A stretch of DNA of 64,000 bases from Acidobacteriota bacterium (GCA_032160165.1 JAVHWA010000089.1:3502-67501); one strand, 5' to 3'. Shown: positions 46,879 through 57,324, counted from the stretch's first letter. Made by a program: numbers and translations. The notes: a model not told the origin generated them from the sequence alone.

Positions 46879-49805
46879 TTGCCGAACCTGTTGCGATATT
46901 CGGCGGAGTTCAAGAAACCATTAATCATGATCCGATAATCCCCACCCGTCTGATCCATTGTCTGGATCCAGCTCAAATACGAGATATCGGCGCTTCTTCT
47001 CAGATAGCCAAAATACTGCATTATGACGAACGCTTCGTTGTAGTACTTCCGATAGACTTCCCCAGTCTCCGCTACTGCGCGCAAGACCTGCGGTCTGGTC
47101 AACGATCCACTCGTCAGCCCCACGATCCACGCTTGTTTACCCGGATGATTCGGAAATCCGAGAGTCTGCAACAATGCCTCTACATAAGCGGTCGGGTCGG
47201 ACAATGCTCCATACCTGGCCTGAAAGTCCTGTCTTGTCATGAACTCGCTAATGAAGGCCATCTTGTTGGCTTCCAGTTCTTGTGCAGATAGAAACCCGCT
47301 GACTTTGGCGAGGTCGGGAATGAACTCACTGTAAAGCGGGATCTTGCTTACGGCGGAGTAGAATCGGTAGATGAAATACCCACGGTCCTGGAACTCGGGA
47401 CTTCGGAAGAACCCCGCACTGGCTTCGATCCTGTCGCATGGAGGCGCGACCGAGATCCCACACTGGTTGAGCACGTTCCGCCAACCTGTAAGGCCCGCCG
47501 CATCCGGTTCACGGCCCAGGAAATCTATGTACTGTTGAAGGATGAAGAAGTCGGTTTGATCTATAGGAGTATGGCCCGTAGTGGCGTCATTGTCTGTGAT
47601 GATAACTGTCGCTGTTGAGTTTGAACCCAGGGCTGCACCGACCGGGTTACTCAGCTTGATCATGAAGCTCTCCGAACCTTCGGCGTACGAGTCGTTCACA
47701 ATCGGGATAAGAATAGTCTTGGTGCGCTCCCCTGGGGCAAACCGCAGCGTTCCGACCGTCGTCGCATAGTCGCAGCGCTGCGACGCTTTTCCACTAACGG
47801 TATCACAGTTCTGCAAGCCTGCCGTATCAGAGGTCGCATAGTCGACGCTCGCAGAATTTGAGGGATCGCCGGCACGAGAGACCGTAATACTGAGTCTTCC
47901 TGCGTCCTCCGCTATGTTGTAGCTAATCTGACCCGATTGCACAGCCGGAGAATCGTCGTTCACTATCGTCACGGTCGCGGTTCCGTCGAGGATCGCTACA
48001 TTGACTGGGTTTGAGAGGTTGACGAAAAAACTCTCAGTCGCTTCATTCACCGTATCGCCGTTAACCAGAAAAGCTATGAGCCTAAAGGTCTCACCTGGAG
48101 CGAAGGTGATAGACCCCGATGAGGCTTGGTAATCACTGCCGGCAATGGCCGTATTATCTGCTGTCGAATAATCCACTGTGATGGGCTTTGGGCTACCTGT
48201 ATTCAACCTTAGACCCAAAACAACAGTTGTATTGCCAGCATCACCTTCAGCTATGGGACCGGAATCTACGATGGCGATTGTTGGCGGTGGGTCATCATTG
48301 AGGAGGGTACATGTCGCTACACCGCGAACAATCGTTCCACCAATCGGATTTGAAAGGGTTAGGTTGAAGGTTTCGTCGTACTCGTCTAAAGTTTCACCGA
48401 GAATAGGTACAAGAACAGTCTTAGCAGTTTCCCCAGGATCAAAAGCAACTACCCCGCTGACCATATCGAAGTCCGGACCAGGTGAGGCTGTGCCCGCGGA
48501 CGTGGCGTAGCTCACTGTTACGCGCTGAGCGGACGAGGATGAAAGTGTCAAGGTGAATCTGGCTGGAGGCGCATTGATATCGTTCCCTTCCGGCATCGTT
48601 ACATCGCCGACGGAGATGCCAGGCAGGGTTGGAGGAAGGGAGCCACAACTGTTAAGCAGGATAGCTATTAGTGCAGACGACCCGTCCCGAGAAGCAACGA
48701 TGTCAGTCTTGCCGTCTTGATTGAAATCTTCGACTGCAATGGAAGTCGGAGACGGGCCGAGATCAAAGCTCGCGGCCGCGCCAAATCCGCCAGTCCCGTT
48801 GCCCATAATGATTGTAACATCTCGGACTGCATGACTAGCCACGGCCAAATCTGGCTTACCATCGGCATTAAAGTCGCTAGTTGCGATGGATGTCAGTTCT
48901 TTTCCCAACGGGAAAGTCGCCGACGCTACGAAGCCTCCGGATCCATTTCCACGCAGGAGTGCAACGTCGCGGGAGAACTTGTTTGCCACGGCCAAGTCGA
49001 GCTTGCCGTCACCATTAAAGTCGGCTGCGACCAAGCCAGCAGGACTTGACCCAACGGAAATACCTGACGATTGGGGAAACCCGCCAGCCCCGTTATTTAT
49101 GAAGACCACGACGGAACCGGTGGTCGTGTTCGTCGTGGCCAAATCCCACTTACCGTCGGCGTTAAAGTCTCGCGATATCACCCGATCAGCGGCTCCGCCT
49201 ACATTGAGCGAGTCTGAACCTGTGAATTGACCTGTGCCGTCACCGAATCGAAGTTGTAGGCGTCCCCCATTGTATTGATCCGCCAAAGCCAGATCGGCTT
49301 TACCATCATTGTTGAAATCTGCTACAGCTATGGACTCAACAAGCCCCACAAGGCCAAAGGAGCCAACAACTCCAAAACTCCCGGTCCCGGAACCTAACAA
49401 GACAACTATGCGTGCATCGGAAGGTGAGCTTCCAATAGCTGATACAGCTATGTCTATTTTGTTATCCGCATTAAAATCTCCCGTCTCGATGGCAGTAGGA
49501 CGGTTCCCGACGACGGTAGAGCTCGGCGATCCAAAACCTCCCGCCCCATCACCTAGCATGACGGAGATATAATTTGATCCGAAACTGGCCACCACGATAT
49601 CTGGCTTTCCATCGCCGTTGAAGTCTCCTGCTACCACTGAGCGAGGGTCTGTCCCAACACCAAATGTATTTCCTGGAGTGAAAACCGGTGTATCGCCACA
49701 TGTGCCGGTCGCATAGATTCGGCTGGAGTTGCCGACTAGTCCGACGAATCCGACGCATAACAACGCTGCGCTGGAAAACCGCAATATGGGAGACATCAGT
49801 TTCAT
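46875..49805 (-). CDS. Large secreted FG-GAP/VCBS-repeat, Calx-beta and DUF4214 protein
   Basis: There are many DFNGDGK.D.A.. repeats and three or four Calx-beta-like modules (V.YAT..GTA..G.DF....G...F.PGE..K...). The C-terminal region FILQQYIDFLGREPDAAGL is DUF4214-like. A signal peptide follows M at 49805. Confidence 0.8.
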   Translation of the reverse strand: MKLMSPILRFSSAALLCVGFVGLVGNSSRIYATGTCGDTPVFTPGNTFGVGTDPRSVVAGDFNGDGKPDIVVASFGSNYISVMLGDGAGGFGSPSSTVVGNRPTAIETGDFNADNKIDIAVSAIGSSPSDARIVVLLGSGTGSFGVVGSFGLVGLVESIAVADFNNDGKADLALADQYNGGRLQLRFGDGTGQFTGSDSLNVGGAADRVISRDFNADGKWDLATTNTTTGSVVVFINNGAGGFPQSSGISVGSSPAGLVAADFNGDGKLDLAVANKFSRDVALLRGNGSGGFVASATFPLGKELTSIATSDFNADGKPDLAVASHAVRDVTIIMGNGTGGFGAAASFDLGPSPTSIAVEDFNQDGKTDIVASRDGSSALIAILLNSCGSLPPTLPGISVGDVTMPEGNDINAPPARFTLTLSSSSAQRVTVSYATSAGTASPGPDFDMVSGVVAFDPGETAKTVLVPILGETLDEYDETFNLTLSNPIGGTIVRGVATCTLLNDDPPPTIAIVDSGPIAEGDAGNTTVVLGLRLNTGSPKPITVDYSTADNTAIAGSDYQASSGSITFAPGETFRLIAFLVNGDTVNEATESFFVNLSNPVNVAILDGTATVTIVNDDSPAVQSGQISYNIAEDAGRLSITVSRAGDPSNSASVDYATSDTAGLQNCDTVSGKASQRCDYATTVGTLRFAPGERTKTILIPIVNDSYAEGSESFMIKLSNPVGAALGSNSTATVIITDNDATTGHTPIDQTDFFILQQYIDFLGREPDAAGLTGWRNVLNQCGISVAPPCDRIEASAGFFRSPEFQDRGYFIYRFYSAVSKIPLYSEFIPDLAKVSGFLSAQELEANKMAFISEFMTRQDFQARYGALSDPTAYVEALLQTLGFPNHPGKQAWIVGLTSGSLTRPQVLRAVAETGEVYRKYYNEAFVIMQYFGYLRRSADISYLSWIQTMDQTGGDYRIMINGFLNSAEYRNRFGN

Positions 49806-50157
49806 AAAACGCTGCAAGAGTTCCTCTAGTATCTGAACCTCGAGATGCTCGTCAATGTTCTTCCCGATCGAATCACCTTTTGTAGGACTTGTACGGTTAT
49901 CAGTAGAGTAGAGGACGAACAAGATGCGAAGCGACGTTTGGGTATTCAGCCGGCTGTTTCACCCGCTAGAGGTCCGCAATCATCTACATGCTGTGCCAGG
50001 TCTAATGCTACTGGAATCATTCAGTCAATGCCGTGGCAGCGTGAAGGAAGTACACCTGATACCACTTGTACTTGGAGCCTCCCGTGAGTTTGCACCGTCT
50101 CAAGGACAGTTGAGGAGCGGTGCGGAAAGATTAGCATAGTTTTGAGTGCCAGGGATG

Positions 50158-52092
50158 TCAAAAAGACGGGCGATTCTCCTGCTTCCCACTCGATGATCCA
50201 TCCGTCCACGCTGATCGTTGCGCGCGCATTTCCGGCGTGGCGTCTTTGATCTCTTCGATGCGGTAAGTTGACACAGACGGCTTCCCTAACGTGATCGGCT
50301 GTTTGAAAATATCTCGATTACGCTTGATCGTTAGCACCACTTTCTCGTCAGGCCTGTATCGAATGATAGTGGGCGTAAATGTCTCGCGCGTCACCCTGGT
50401 TTTCCCCACCGCCAGGATTATGTCGCCTTCTTTGAGCCCGGCATCTTCCGCCGGCGAGCCTGGCCGCACAGTCTTGATCTTCAAAGCGGTTGGCTCGTTG
50501 CCATCTGGTTGGAGACCGACGTAAGCGTTGGGGGAGAGATCGCGAACAAGTCGTAGGCCCACGCTCGCCAGGGCCTCGTCGTAGGGCGGCGTCTCAACTC
50601 CTCGCACGTATCGCTTGAAGAAGTCACTCATGTCGCTGCCCGCAATTTCGGATGTCACCCGCTCGAAATCTTCGCTTGTGAATCCTCGGCCACGCAGGTA
50701 GTAGGTGGCGTTCGGGCTTTTCAGATAGAGTTCTTCATAAAGGCGCCGCATTACGTCATCGAGCGAAGCGCGCCCCTGCGTCTTGCCACGGATCCACAGG
50801 TCGAGCGTGATCGCGAGGACTTCGCCTTTGTAGTAGTAGCTGACGGTCGTGTTAGCCAGATTAGTGCGTTGCGCGTCCAGAACACCGTCAAAGAACGGAG
50901 CCGAGATTGACGAATCTTCCGCGCTCATTAACTTGCTTGCCTTCGCGGTCTCGATCCCGTTGATCACATGACCCAATCGCTCAAGCATCTTCTCATCAGA
51001 CCATAGGCCCGCTCGCCTCATCATCAGCTCACCGTAATACTCGGTGATGCCTTCTGCGACCCACAGCCCTCGAGTGCTTACCGGTCTCGTGAAATCCCAC
51101 GGACCCAACTCTACCGGGCGCAGGCGCTTCACATTCCAGACGTGGAAAAATTCATGCGCCACGCTCTCGAGCATCTCCTGATAGGTTCGCGGCTCAGCCA
51201 GGGCGCCCGGCTGGATGATGTTTGTCGAGACGAGGTGCTCCATTCCATCTCCCGACTGATCATCGTTCGCAAAATGAAGTAGAAATGTGTAAGTTTCAAA
51301 CTCGGGCGGACCCCACATCCGCGTCTCTGCTCGCACGATCTTTTCGATATCTGAAACCAGTTGTTTGCGCCTGCCGCCTTCATCGCCGAAGGAGTGGACG
51401 ACCACTCGGTACGTTTTGCCATCGACCTTGAATTCGTCCATCGTCCAGTTGCGCGAAATCTCGGTGGGCGTGTCGATCAGAATGTCGTAATTGGGAAAAC
51501 TGAACTTGCACTGGTCCGCGTTCTGGCTGGCGCCGTTGATCACGCGCCAACCGGCAGGCGCTTCAATCAAAAGATTAACCGGGTCCTGTTTGTGGTCCAC
51601 CACATACATGAAAACTGAACCGCCATTGAACATGGCGTGGCGAGAATCCAATTGCGAAAAGGTCCCGGAAAGGTCGTCGCCGAACACCTTATAGGTGAAC
51701 GTCAGATCCTTGCTACCAGATAGCGATACGCGCCACGTTTGATCGTCGATCCTTGTCACTGGACGACTTGCTTGATCACACAGCGCGCGCGGGGGGCAGA
51801 TTCCAGCGGCCGCCCGGACTTCCTGCACATTCTTGGCAAAGTCGAAGATCGAATACCTGCCTGGCGACCACCTCGGCATTTGGAAATCTACATAATCAGA
51901 TGTCGAACTCCGGCCCACGGAAACCTCTATCTTCACTTCGAAGAGGTGCGAAACCGGTCGCGACATACTGAGCGTGTAATTAATCGGTGAGAATCGCTCC
52001 TCCGGCTGCGATGAAGCTGCCGACGCACAGATGGCGAGCAGGACGAACGCGGTTGCTGCGCGTGTTACGTAGCTCAGTCGGGACCTGATCAT
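50158..52092 (-). CDS. M61-family glycyl aminopeptidase with C-terminal PDZ domain
   Basis: The zinc site is HEFFHVWNVKR, and the PDZ-like region reads GSPAEDAGLKEGDIILAVG. A signal peptide is present. Confidence 0.85.
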   Translation of the reverse strand: MIRSRLSYVTRAATAFVLLAICASAASSQPEERFSPINYTLSMSRPVSHLFEVKIEVSVGRSSTSDYVDFQMPRWSPGRYSIFDFAKNVQEVRAAAGICPPRALCDQASRPVTRIDDQTWRVSLSGSKDLTFTYKVFGDDLSGTFSQLDSRHAMFNGGSVFMYVVDHKQDPVNLLIEAPAGWRVINGASQNADQCKFSFPNYDILIDTPTEISRNWTMDEFKVDGKTYRVVVHSFGDEGGRRKQLVSDIEKIVRAETRMWGPPEFETYTFLLHFANDDQSGDGMEHLVSTNIIQPGALAEPRTYQEMLESVAHEFFHVWNVKRLRPVELGPWDFTRPVSTRGLWVAEGITEYYGELMMRRAGLWSDEKMLERLGHVINGIETAKASKLMSAEDSSISAPFFDGVLDAQRTNLANTTVSYYYKGEVLAITLDLWIRGKTQGRASLDDVMRRLYEELYLKSPNATYYLRGRGFTSEDFERVTSEIAGSDMSDFFKRYVRGVETPPYDEALASVGLRLVRDLSPNAYVGLQPDGNEPTALKIKTVRPGSPAEDAGLKEGDIILAVGKTRVTRETFTPTIIRYRPDEKVVLTIKRNRDIFKQPITLGKPSVSTYRIEEIKDATPEMRAQRSAWTDGSSSGKQENRPSF

Positions 52093-52145
52093 AAGCCTGT
52101 TACTCCATGGGCGAGATTTGAAAGGGCGAGAGTATTTGAGTTTCG

Positions 52146-52174
52146 AATCGCGAAATTATCTGCGTTTCGCGATT
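52146..52174. promoter_or_regulatory. Perfect 10-bp palindrome arms AATCGCGAAA / TTTCGCGATT in a divergent promoter region
   Basis: The arms lie at 52146-52155 and 52165-52174, between the M61 peptidase and alaX-like starts. They are preceded by a GGGCGAGA..TTTGA direct repeat. Confidence 0.4.
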
Positions 52175-52260
52175 ACCTGTCAAAGCTCGCCTCTGACCCA
52201 GCGCCGGTCCGATTGGTTTCTTGACGTCCAATCGACTCTCGTTTAGTTTGATGCTCGACT

Positions 52261-53472
52261 ATGAGCGCAACCGAACGTCTCTATTATCACGACTCGCACC
52301 TTACCGAATTTGAGGCTCGGGTGGTCGCCGTCACCGAACGCGTCAGCGGCTGGGTGGCCGTTACGCTGGATCGGACGGCCTTCTATCCGACTGGGGGCGG
52401 ACAACCGAGCGACACCGGCACTCTGAACGACACGCGCGTCGTCGAATGCATAGACGTAGAAGACGGCGGAGTTCTGCACGTTGTACAGGGCCGCACGCTT
52501 GCAGTCGGTGACGCAGTTATAGGTAACGTCGACTGGCCGCGTAGACTTGACCACATTCAGCAACATACTGGACAGCACATTCTCTCGCAGGCCTTCATTG
52601 CGCTCTTCGGCGCCGAGACGCGCGGCTTTCGCATGCTTGATCAGTACTCTGAGATTGATCTCGCGCTGGAAGAGCCTTCAGAAGATAAGCTCGATCGGGC
52701 AGTGGAGCTGGCCAACAGTATAATTTGGGAAGACCGCCCGATCCGGATTCGGAACGTCACGAAGAGCGAGGCAGCTTCCCTTCCCTTGCGAAAGGAGTCC
52801 CCACGCGAAGGCGAACTCCGCTTGATCGAAATCGATGGGTTCGACTTGACGCCCTGCGGAGGTACACACGCGAGGGCAACAGGCCAGGTCGGAATGATGG
52901 CGCCGCGTTCCTTCGAACGAGCGAAGGGTTTGACCCGATTGGATTTTGTTGCAGGCGGAAGGGCACTGGCCGATTACAATCGAGTCAATCGAGTAGCGCG
53001 CAGCGTGGCATCGATGTTCAGTGCCGCACGTGATGAAACGCCACCCTTGGTCGCTCGGCTGCTTGACGAGAACAAACAGCTAACGCGGCGCGTGCGCGAG
53101 CTGGAGGAGACTACCGCACGCATCGAAGCCGAAGAGATGTTGGCGGCCGCAACAATCGTTGGTGATCGCTTCAAGTTATGCGCTCATGTGCTCGAAGGAC
53201 GCGACGCAGAGTCGCTTAAGTCGCTCGCGCTGGCGCTGATCTCACACGCTGAGACGATCGCTCTGCTGGGATCTCGCGATGGCGATACGGCACGACTGGT
53301 CTTCGCCCGATCCAGCGAGGCGCCGGGAGACATGAACGCGTTGATGCGTGAGGCTTGTTCGGTGCTCGGCGGACGCGGGGGCGGTCGAGTTGATATGGCG
53401 CAGGGAGGCGGACGCAACGTGGAACGGCTCTCGGAGGCGATCGAGCAAGCGAAGCAGGCTTTGAGTCACTAG
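52261..53472 (+). CDS. alaX: Alanyl-tRNA editing protein (AlaX-L type, with DHHA1-like C-terminus)
   Basis: It shows TERLYYHDSHLTEFEARVV, the zinc motif HIQQHTGQHILS, CGGTHA, and the C-terminal GGRGGGRVDMAQGGG. Confidence 0.85.
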   Translation: MSATERLYYHDSHLTEFEARVVAVTERVSGWVAVTLDRTAFYPTGGGQPSDTGTLNDTRVVECIDVEDGGVLHVVQGRTLAVGDAVIGNVDWPRRLDHIQQHTGQHILSQAFIALFGAETRGFRMLDQYSEIDLALEEPSEDKLDRAVELANSIIWEDRPIRIRNVTKSEAASLPLRKESPREGELRLIEIDGFDLTPCGGTHARATGQVGMMAPRSFERAKGLTRLDFVAGGRALADYNRVNRVARSVASMFSAARDETPPLVARLLDENKQLTRRVRELEETTARIEAEEMLAAATIVGDRFKLCAHVLEGRDAESLKSLALALISHAETIALLGSRDGDTARLVFARSSEAPGDMNALMREACSVLGGRGGGRVDMAQGGGRNVERLSEAIEQAKQALSH

Positions 53473-53489
53473 GGTTCAATCCTCTTTGA

Positions 53490-53566
53490 CACGCCACACC
53501 TGATATCCGACACCCGATCCCCGACACCCGGCACCCGGCACCCGGTACGTGGCACCCGGTACCCCG
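53490..53566. repeat. Eleven tandem heptamers, core (CACCCGG)n
   Basis: The array reads CACGCCA CACCTGA TATCCGA CACCCGA TCCCCGA CACCCGG CACCCGG CACCCGG TACGTGG CACCCGG TACCCCG. It lies about 60 nt upstream of tRNA-Ala. Confidence 0.85.
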
Positions 53567-53628
53567 AACGTTTGACCGATATTCGATGACTTGAAACTTA
53601 AAACTTGAAACTGTATTCTTGTCGGCGT

Positions 53629-53705
<77 letters not shown>

Positions 53706-53719
53706 ATTAAATCAATGAG

Positions 53720-54793
53720 TTAAGGCAGGGAGGCGACCCTGCCTTTTTCATTTGTCACCGATTCGTCACTTGACGAAATCGGTTTTACTAAGTTCTCGAC
53801 TGCTCGACGCTTCGCCTCATCGGTGGCGTGGGTGTAACGCAGAGCCATTCGTACGTCTGACCAGCCGAAGATAGCCGCAAGCGTAAAAGCATCTGCTCCG
53901 CGGTCAGCCATGCGAGTGGCTGCCGTATGACGCAAGTCATGGAAGCGGAAATCCTTGATTCCTGCGTCGCTCTTCGCCAAGTCAAATCGACGCTTCACGT
54001 CGACCAACCGTCCTTCGGTCTTCGGACTAGGAAAGACGTACTCGCTGGTGTGCGGTAGCCCTTCCAACATTGCGCGGACCGTCTGGTTGATCGGAACGAA
54101 ACGATCTTTGCCGTTCTTGGAGACCCGAATGTGAATCACCCCTCGCGGCAAATCCACGTCGAACCAGGTGAGATTGAAAATCTCGCCTTGCCTCATTCCG
54201 GTGTTAATCGCCATAGTGACGATCCCCTGTACCCATTCCTGACCTCGAAGTTTCTCGAACAGCTTAGCTTCCTCTTCGAAAGTCAAATAACGCGTCCTTC
54301 CGTTGTTCGTGCGAAACTTCCGCACTCGCCGACAAGGATTGCTTTCGATCAGCTCGGCATCGAACGCCAGAGAGAAGATTTTCGATAGCACGCACATCTC
54401 GCGATTTACCGTCGCAGGATTTCGCTGGCGTTTGTACATCGTCTTTCCCTCACGACGCTTTTGCTTCCACTTCTCGATCGTCGGTGGAGTGATTTCGGAG
54501 AGCATCATCCTCCCGAACGTCTCGTTAAGCATGCCGCAAATCTTCACGTCATCTGGGTACGTTCGCTTGTGGAGTTTTGAGTAAGGCAGGAAATGATCCT
54601 TGACGAATTTGTCAAAGCGAACTTCCGGCCTCCTCTTAATCTGGTATCGGTTTTCAAAGACCTTGTTCTCGATCACGGTCGTGGCTTTGATGGCTTGTGG
54701 TCGCGTGTGCGCTTTTTTCAGAACCCGTTGCACCCGCCTGCCGTCGATCGTGATGTCACAGAACCATCTTCCTCTTCGCTTGTAAACTGACAT
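53720..54793 (-). CDS. Tyrosine-type site-specific integrase
   Basis: It has an N-terminal SAM-like domain. The catalytic residues lie in NTGMRQGE (Arg), FHDLRHTAATRM (HxxR) and GWSDVRMALRYTH (Tyr). Confidence 0.9.
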   Translation of the reverse strand: MSVYKRRGRWFCDITIDGRRVQRVLKKAHTRPQAIKATTVIENKVFENRYQIKRRPEVRFDKFVKDHFLPYSKLHKRTYPDDVKICGMLNETFGRMMLSEITPPTIEKWKQKRREGKTMYKRQRNPATVNREMCVLSKIFSLAFDAELIESNPCRRVRKFRTNNGRTRYLTFEEEAKLFEKLRGQEWVQGIVTMAINTGMRQGEIFNLTWFDVDLPRGVIHIRVSKNGKDRFVPINQTVRAMLEGLPHTSEYVFPSPKTEGRLVDVKRRFDLAKSDAGIKDFRFHDLRHTAATRMADRGADAFTLAAIFGWSDVRMALRYTHATDEAKRRAVENLVKPISSSDESVTNEKGRVASLP

Positions 54794-54872
54794 CGTGCTC
54801 CTTTCCGGTTGCAGCCATCACGGGAGCAGTCCGAGGATAGCAAAGCAACGCGTGATTTTCTATATCGCTTAC

Positions 54873-55061
54873 CTAACGAGACGGTTCGTTCCATGCGACT
54901 ACCGCGTCCAGTCGAAATCGGAGAAGCCCGCCCTTTCGCTCGTAAGGGATTCTTCTATCGCTTACCCAGGAGTAGATCGTGCGCGGCTTCACCTTAAGTA
55001 GTTCGGCCACCTCTTTCAGCGTCAAGTACATCGGGCGCTCTTTGGTTTCCTTCAAATTCAT
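54873..55061 (-). CDS. Excisionase-family / MerR-like HTH DNA-binding protein
   Basis: MYLTLKEVAELLKVKPRTIYSWVSDRRIPYERKGGLLRFRLDAV is a typical excisionase-family HTH. The start is uncertain (55061 or 55031). Confidence 0.65.
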   Translation of the reverse strand: MNLKETKERPMYLTLKEVAELLKVKPRTIYSWVSDRRIPYERKGGLLRFRLDAVVAWNEPSR

Positions 55062-55304
55062 GACTGCCTTTCCGAAAGGGGGCATTGAGATGCCGCAGAC
55101 CAACTCGGCACAATCCAGCTCGATGTCAATCCATGTGCCAAAACCAACCTAAGCGAAGTAGTCGTGCAATTCTTGTTGAAATCCGAGTGAGTAAAGGAGA
55201 GGAGTGGCGGAGACTGTCTGATCAAATCTCGGAAAATGGGCGGGGCTGCATGCAAAACCCAACACCGGCTCTGCAGACACTAAACAACACCGGTCGGGGT
55301 AAAT

Positions 55305-55916
55305 TCACGCATCGTCCTCGTCGGCGGGGTCGGTTGGGTGTCCGTTCTCGTAGGTTAGTCGCCCTTGGCGATCCTCGTCATCAGCGGCGGTGCCAGCCGA
55401 AGCGGGTTCCTTCCCAACAATCTTATCTCTGATTTCCTCGGCTAGTCCGTAGGAGTAGTCCTGAGCGTCCTCAGTTTGTAGTTCGAATAATCGGCCGATC
55501 TGCTCGCGGCTTCTTCCCTTTTCATGGAGGGCAGGGACGGAAAGATACTCCCACGATTCCACTCTTGCAGCGCGAGCTTCGACCAAGGCTTCCTGTATGA
55601 GTTCCAGGTTGGCACATTGAATGCGGTACGTAATCTCGTCTTGGCCGATCATCCTGAGCAGAGGTGTCTGAATTGTCTGGAGTGTTTCAGGGATTTCCTG
55701 AGTGGGGGGAGGCTGCTCGGTCTCCTCACGGTGTACGATTTTCCGGCGGCGAGCAGCAAGGGCTTCATCCAAGAGTTCACGCACCAACGGCGCGACTTCC
55801 TGGGCACCGGTCGCCTCCATTATTGCTTGAATCTGAGTCGCCTGATCAGCGAAGAGGTTCAAGGCCGTCACCTTTTTTATGATGACTCGAGTGCTCGTTC
55901 GCATTCGTTTTTGCAT
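55305..55916 (-). CDS. Hypothetical island protein with acidic C-terminus
   Basis: It is a long ORF with coding-like composition. I recognise no family. Confidence 0.4.
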   Translation of the reverse strand: MQKRMRTSTRVIIKKVTALNLFADQATQIQAIMEATGAQEVAPLVRELLDEALAARRRKIVHREETEQPPPTQEIPETLQTIQTPLLRMIGQDEITYRIQCANLELIQEALVEARAARVESWEYLSVPALHEKGRSREQIGRLFELQTEDAQDYSYGLAEEIRDKIVGKEPASAGTAADDEDRQGRLTYENGHPTDPADEDDA

Positions 55917-56514
55917 GTATGACGACTTCCCTTATTTGATTTATTTGATCTGCGCAGAAGGGGGGCATTCGGGGCGTTCAATAAATCTGCAAACAATTGA
56001 ATCGACGGCGCTTTTGCTACATCCTTATCTGCCAAAGTATTTTCATTAAATTTGATAAGGGACAAAGCTATTGCAAATAAATGACCTTACGTCGATGTCA
56101 GGCCCGTTTTGGAACGCTATCTTGTCTGCCCGCTTTATTGACCTACTTTATTGCTTTATCCACCACCTAAAGACGACAGATGGAGGCGTAACTTCCAGGG
56201 CTGCTGATCTCGCTGGGATCGGTGGCAAAAGTGCGCAACCAGAAAGCTGGGAAGGACCGCCGAGGCTAAACCCACAGACAAATCTTAGACCTACTCAGCG
56301 ATCGCCAGGGCAGTCTGGGGGTACATGAACAGAGACTTCTCATAGCCAGACCTCTCCCCGAAACTGGCCGCTTCCGATACATGCGGGCGCGCGCATACGC
56401 GCGGAACCTCGACCTCCCCGCACAGGGTTTTTTGTCTTCTTTTTCCTTAATCGGGTTCAACCACGCCGTCCGAAGTCAGACCCAGTCGTATAGTCACTGT
56501 GCGAGGTTAGCGTG

Positions 56515-56850
56515 TTAGCGTCTCCCCAGATGACCCAGAGGAATCGCCGGCGGAGGAGTTAGGTTTGCCCACCGTCGTCGCAGTCTCGCCGCAGCCTTAC
56601 TCCGTGCATGTATTACGCGGCGAAACCTGTCCTGATTCCATCGGACGCGTGTCTCTGTTAGTTCCCTGTTTAGCCGGATCAATAGCCGCATGGCCTCGGC
56701 CGTGAGTAGGCGGTCACAAGTCAAGACAATTGGCGGGGCCTCCGCTCTCAGGGCTGCGTAGGTTTCGGCGCAGAGGGGGCGACGACTCGGCTTCAAGTTA
56801 TCAGGAATGATCGGGACGAGTGCGGACGCAGATGTGCTCTTCTGTGACAT
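56515..56850 (-). CDS. Hypothetical island protein
   Basis: This is an ORF only. It is Arg-rich, and I recognise no family. Confidence 0.3.
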   Translation of the reverse strand: MSQKSTSASALVPIIPDNLKPSRRPLCAETYAALRAEAPPIVLTCDRLLTAEAMRLLIRLNRELTETRVRWNQDRFRRVIHARSKAAARLRRRWANLTPPPAIPLGHLGRR

Positions 56851-56935
56851 CTCGCTTTCTCCTTTATGTTGGACAAGCGACGAGGGGGCGGCGCGAGTGG
56901 TGTGAATACTCGTACCGCCGCGTTGACTGTCACGC

Positions 56936-57241
56936 TTAGTATTCGCTCGGAAGTAACAGCGTTGTGGCGCTGCGGTCCGCCTCGGTGATGATCCAAAGCT
57001 GTTGGCTCCCGATCCGATAGCTGCTCAGCAACCGATATCCCTTCTGGAGGGAAAGCTCGTTTTCGCGGATGTCGTCCTCGCTGAGCTCTCCCCAGTCGCA
57101 GGACATGTGACGGCGCAAAAACTCGATCGCAGTCTGTCCGGCGATTTGGAGCGCTTCTTCCGCGCCCGGCGTGATGAAGGTTTGGCCTAGCGCAAAGCGT
57201 CTGACGCCCAGCGCTTGAATCGTGGTAGAGTTCGCTTGCAT
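56936..57241 (-). CDS. Small conserved plasmid/ICE-associated protein (unknown function)
   Basis: I recall the C-terminal motif CDWGELSEDD...N...L..G.R.LS.Y......LWIITEADRS.TTLLLPSEY from conjugative elements next to ArdC genes. The ATG at 57241 is preceded by AAGGAG. Confidence 0.55.
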   Translation of the reverse strand: MQANSTTIQALGVRRFALGQTFITPGAEEALQIAGQTAIEFLRRHMSCDWGELSEDDIRENELSLQKGYRLLSSYRIGSQQLWIITEADRSATTLLLPSEY

Positions 57242-57324
57242 CGATTTTTTCTCCTTCATTGGTGAAATGTTTGGTGCCTGGGCTAGGCGAGCGTTCGCGC
57301 GCTTTCCTAGCCCCTTCTCGTTGT

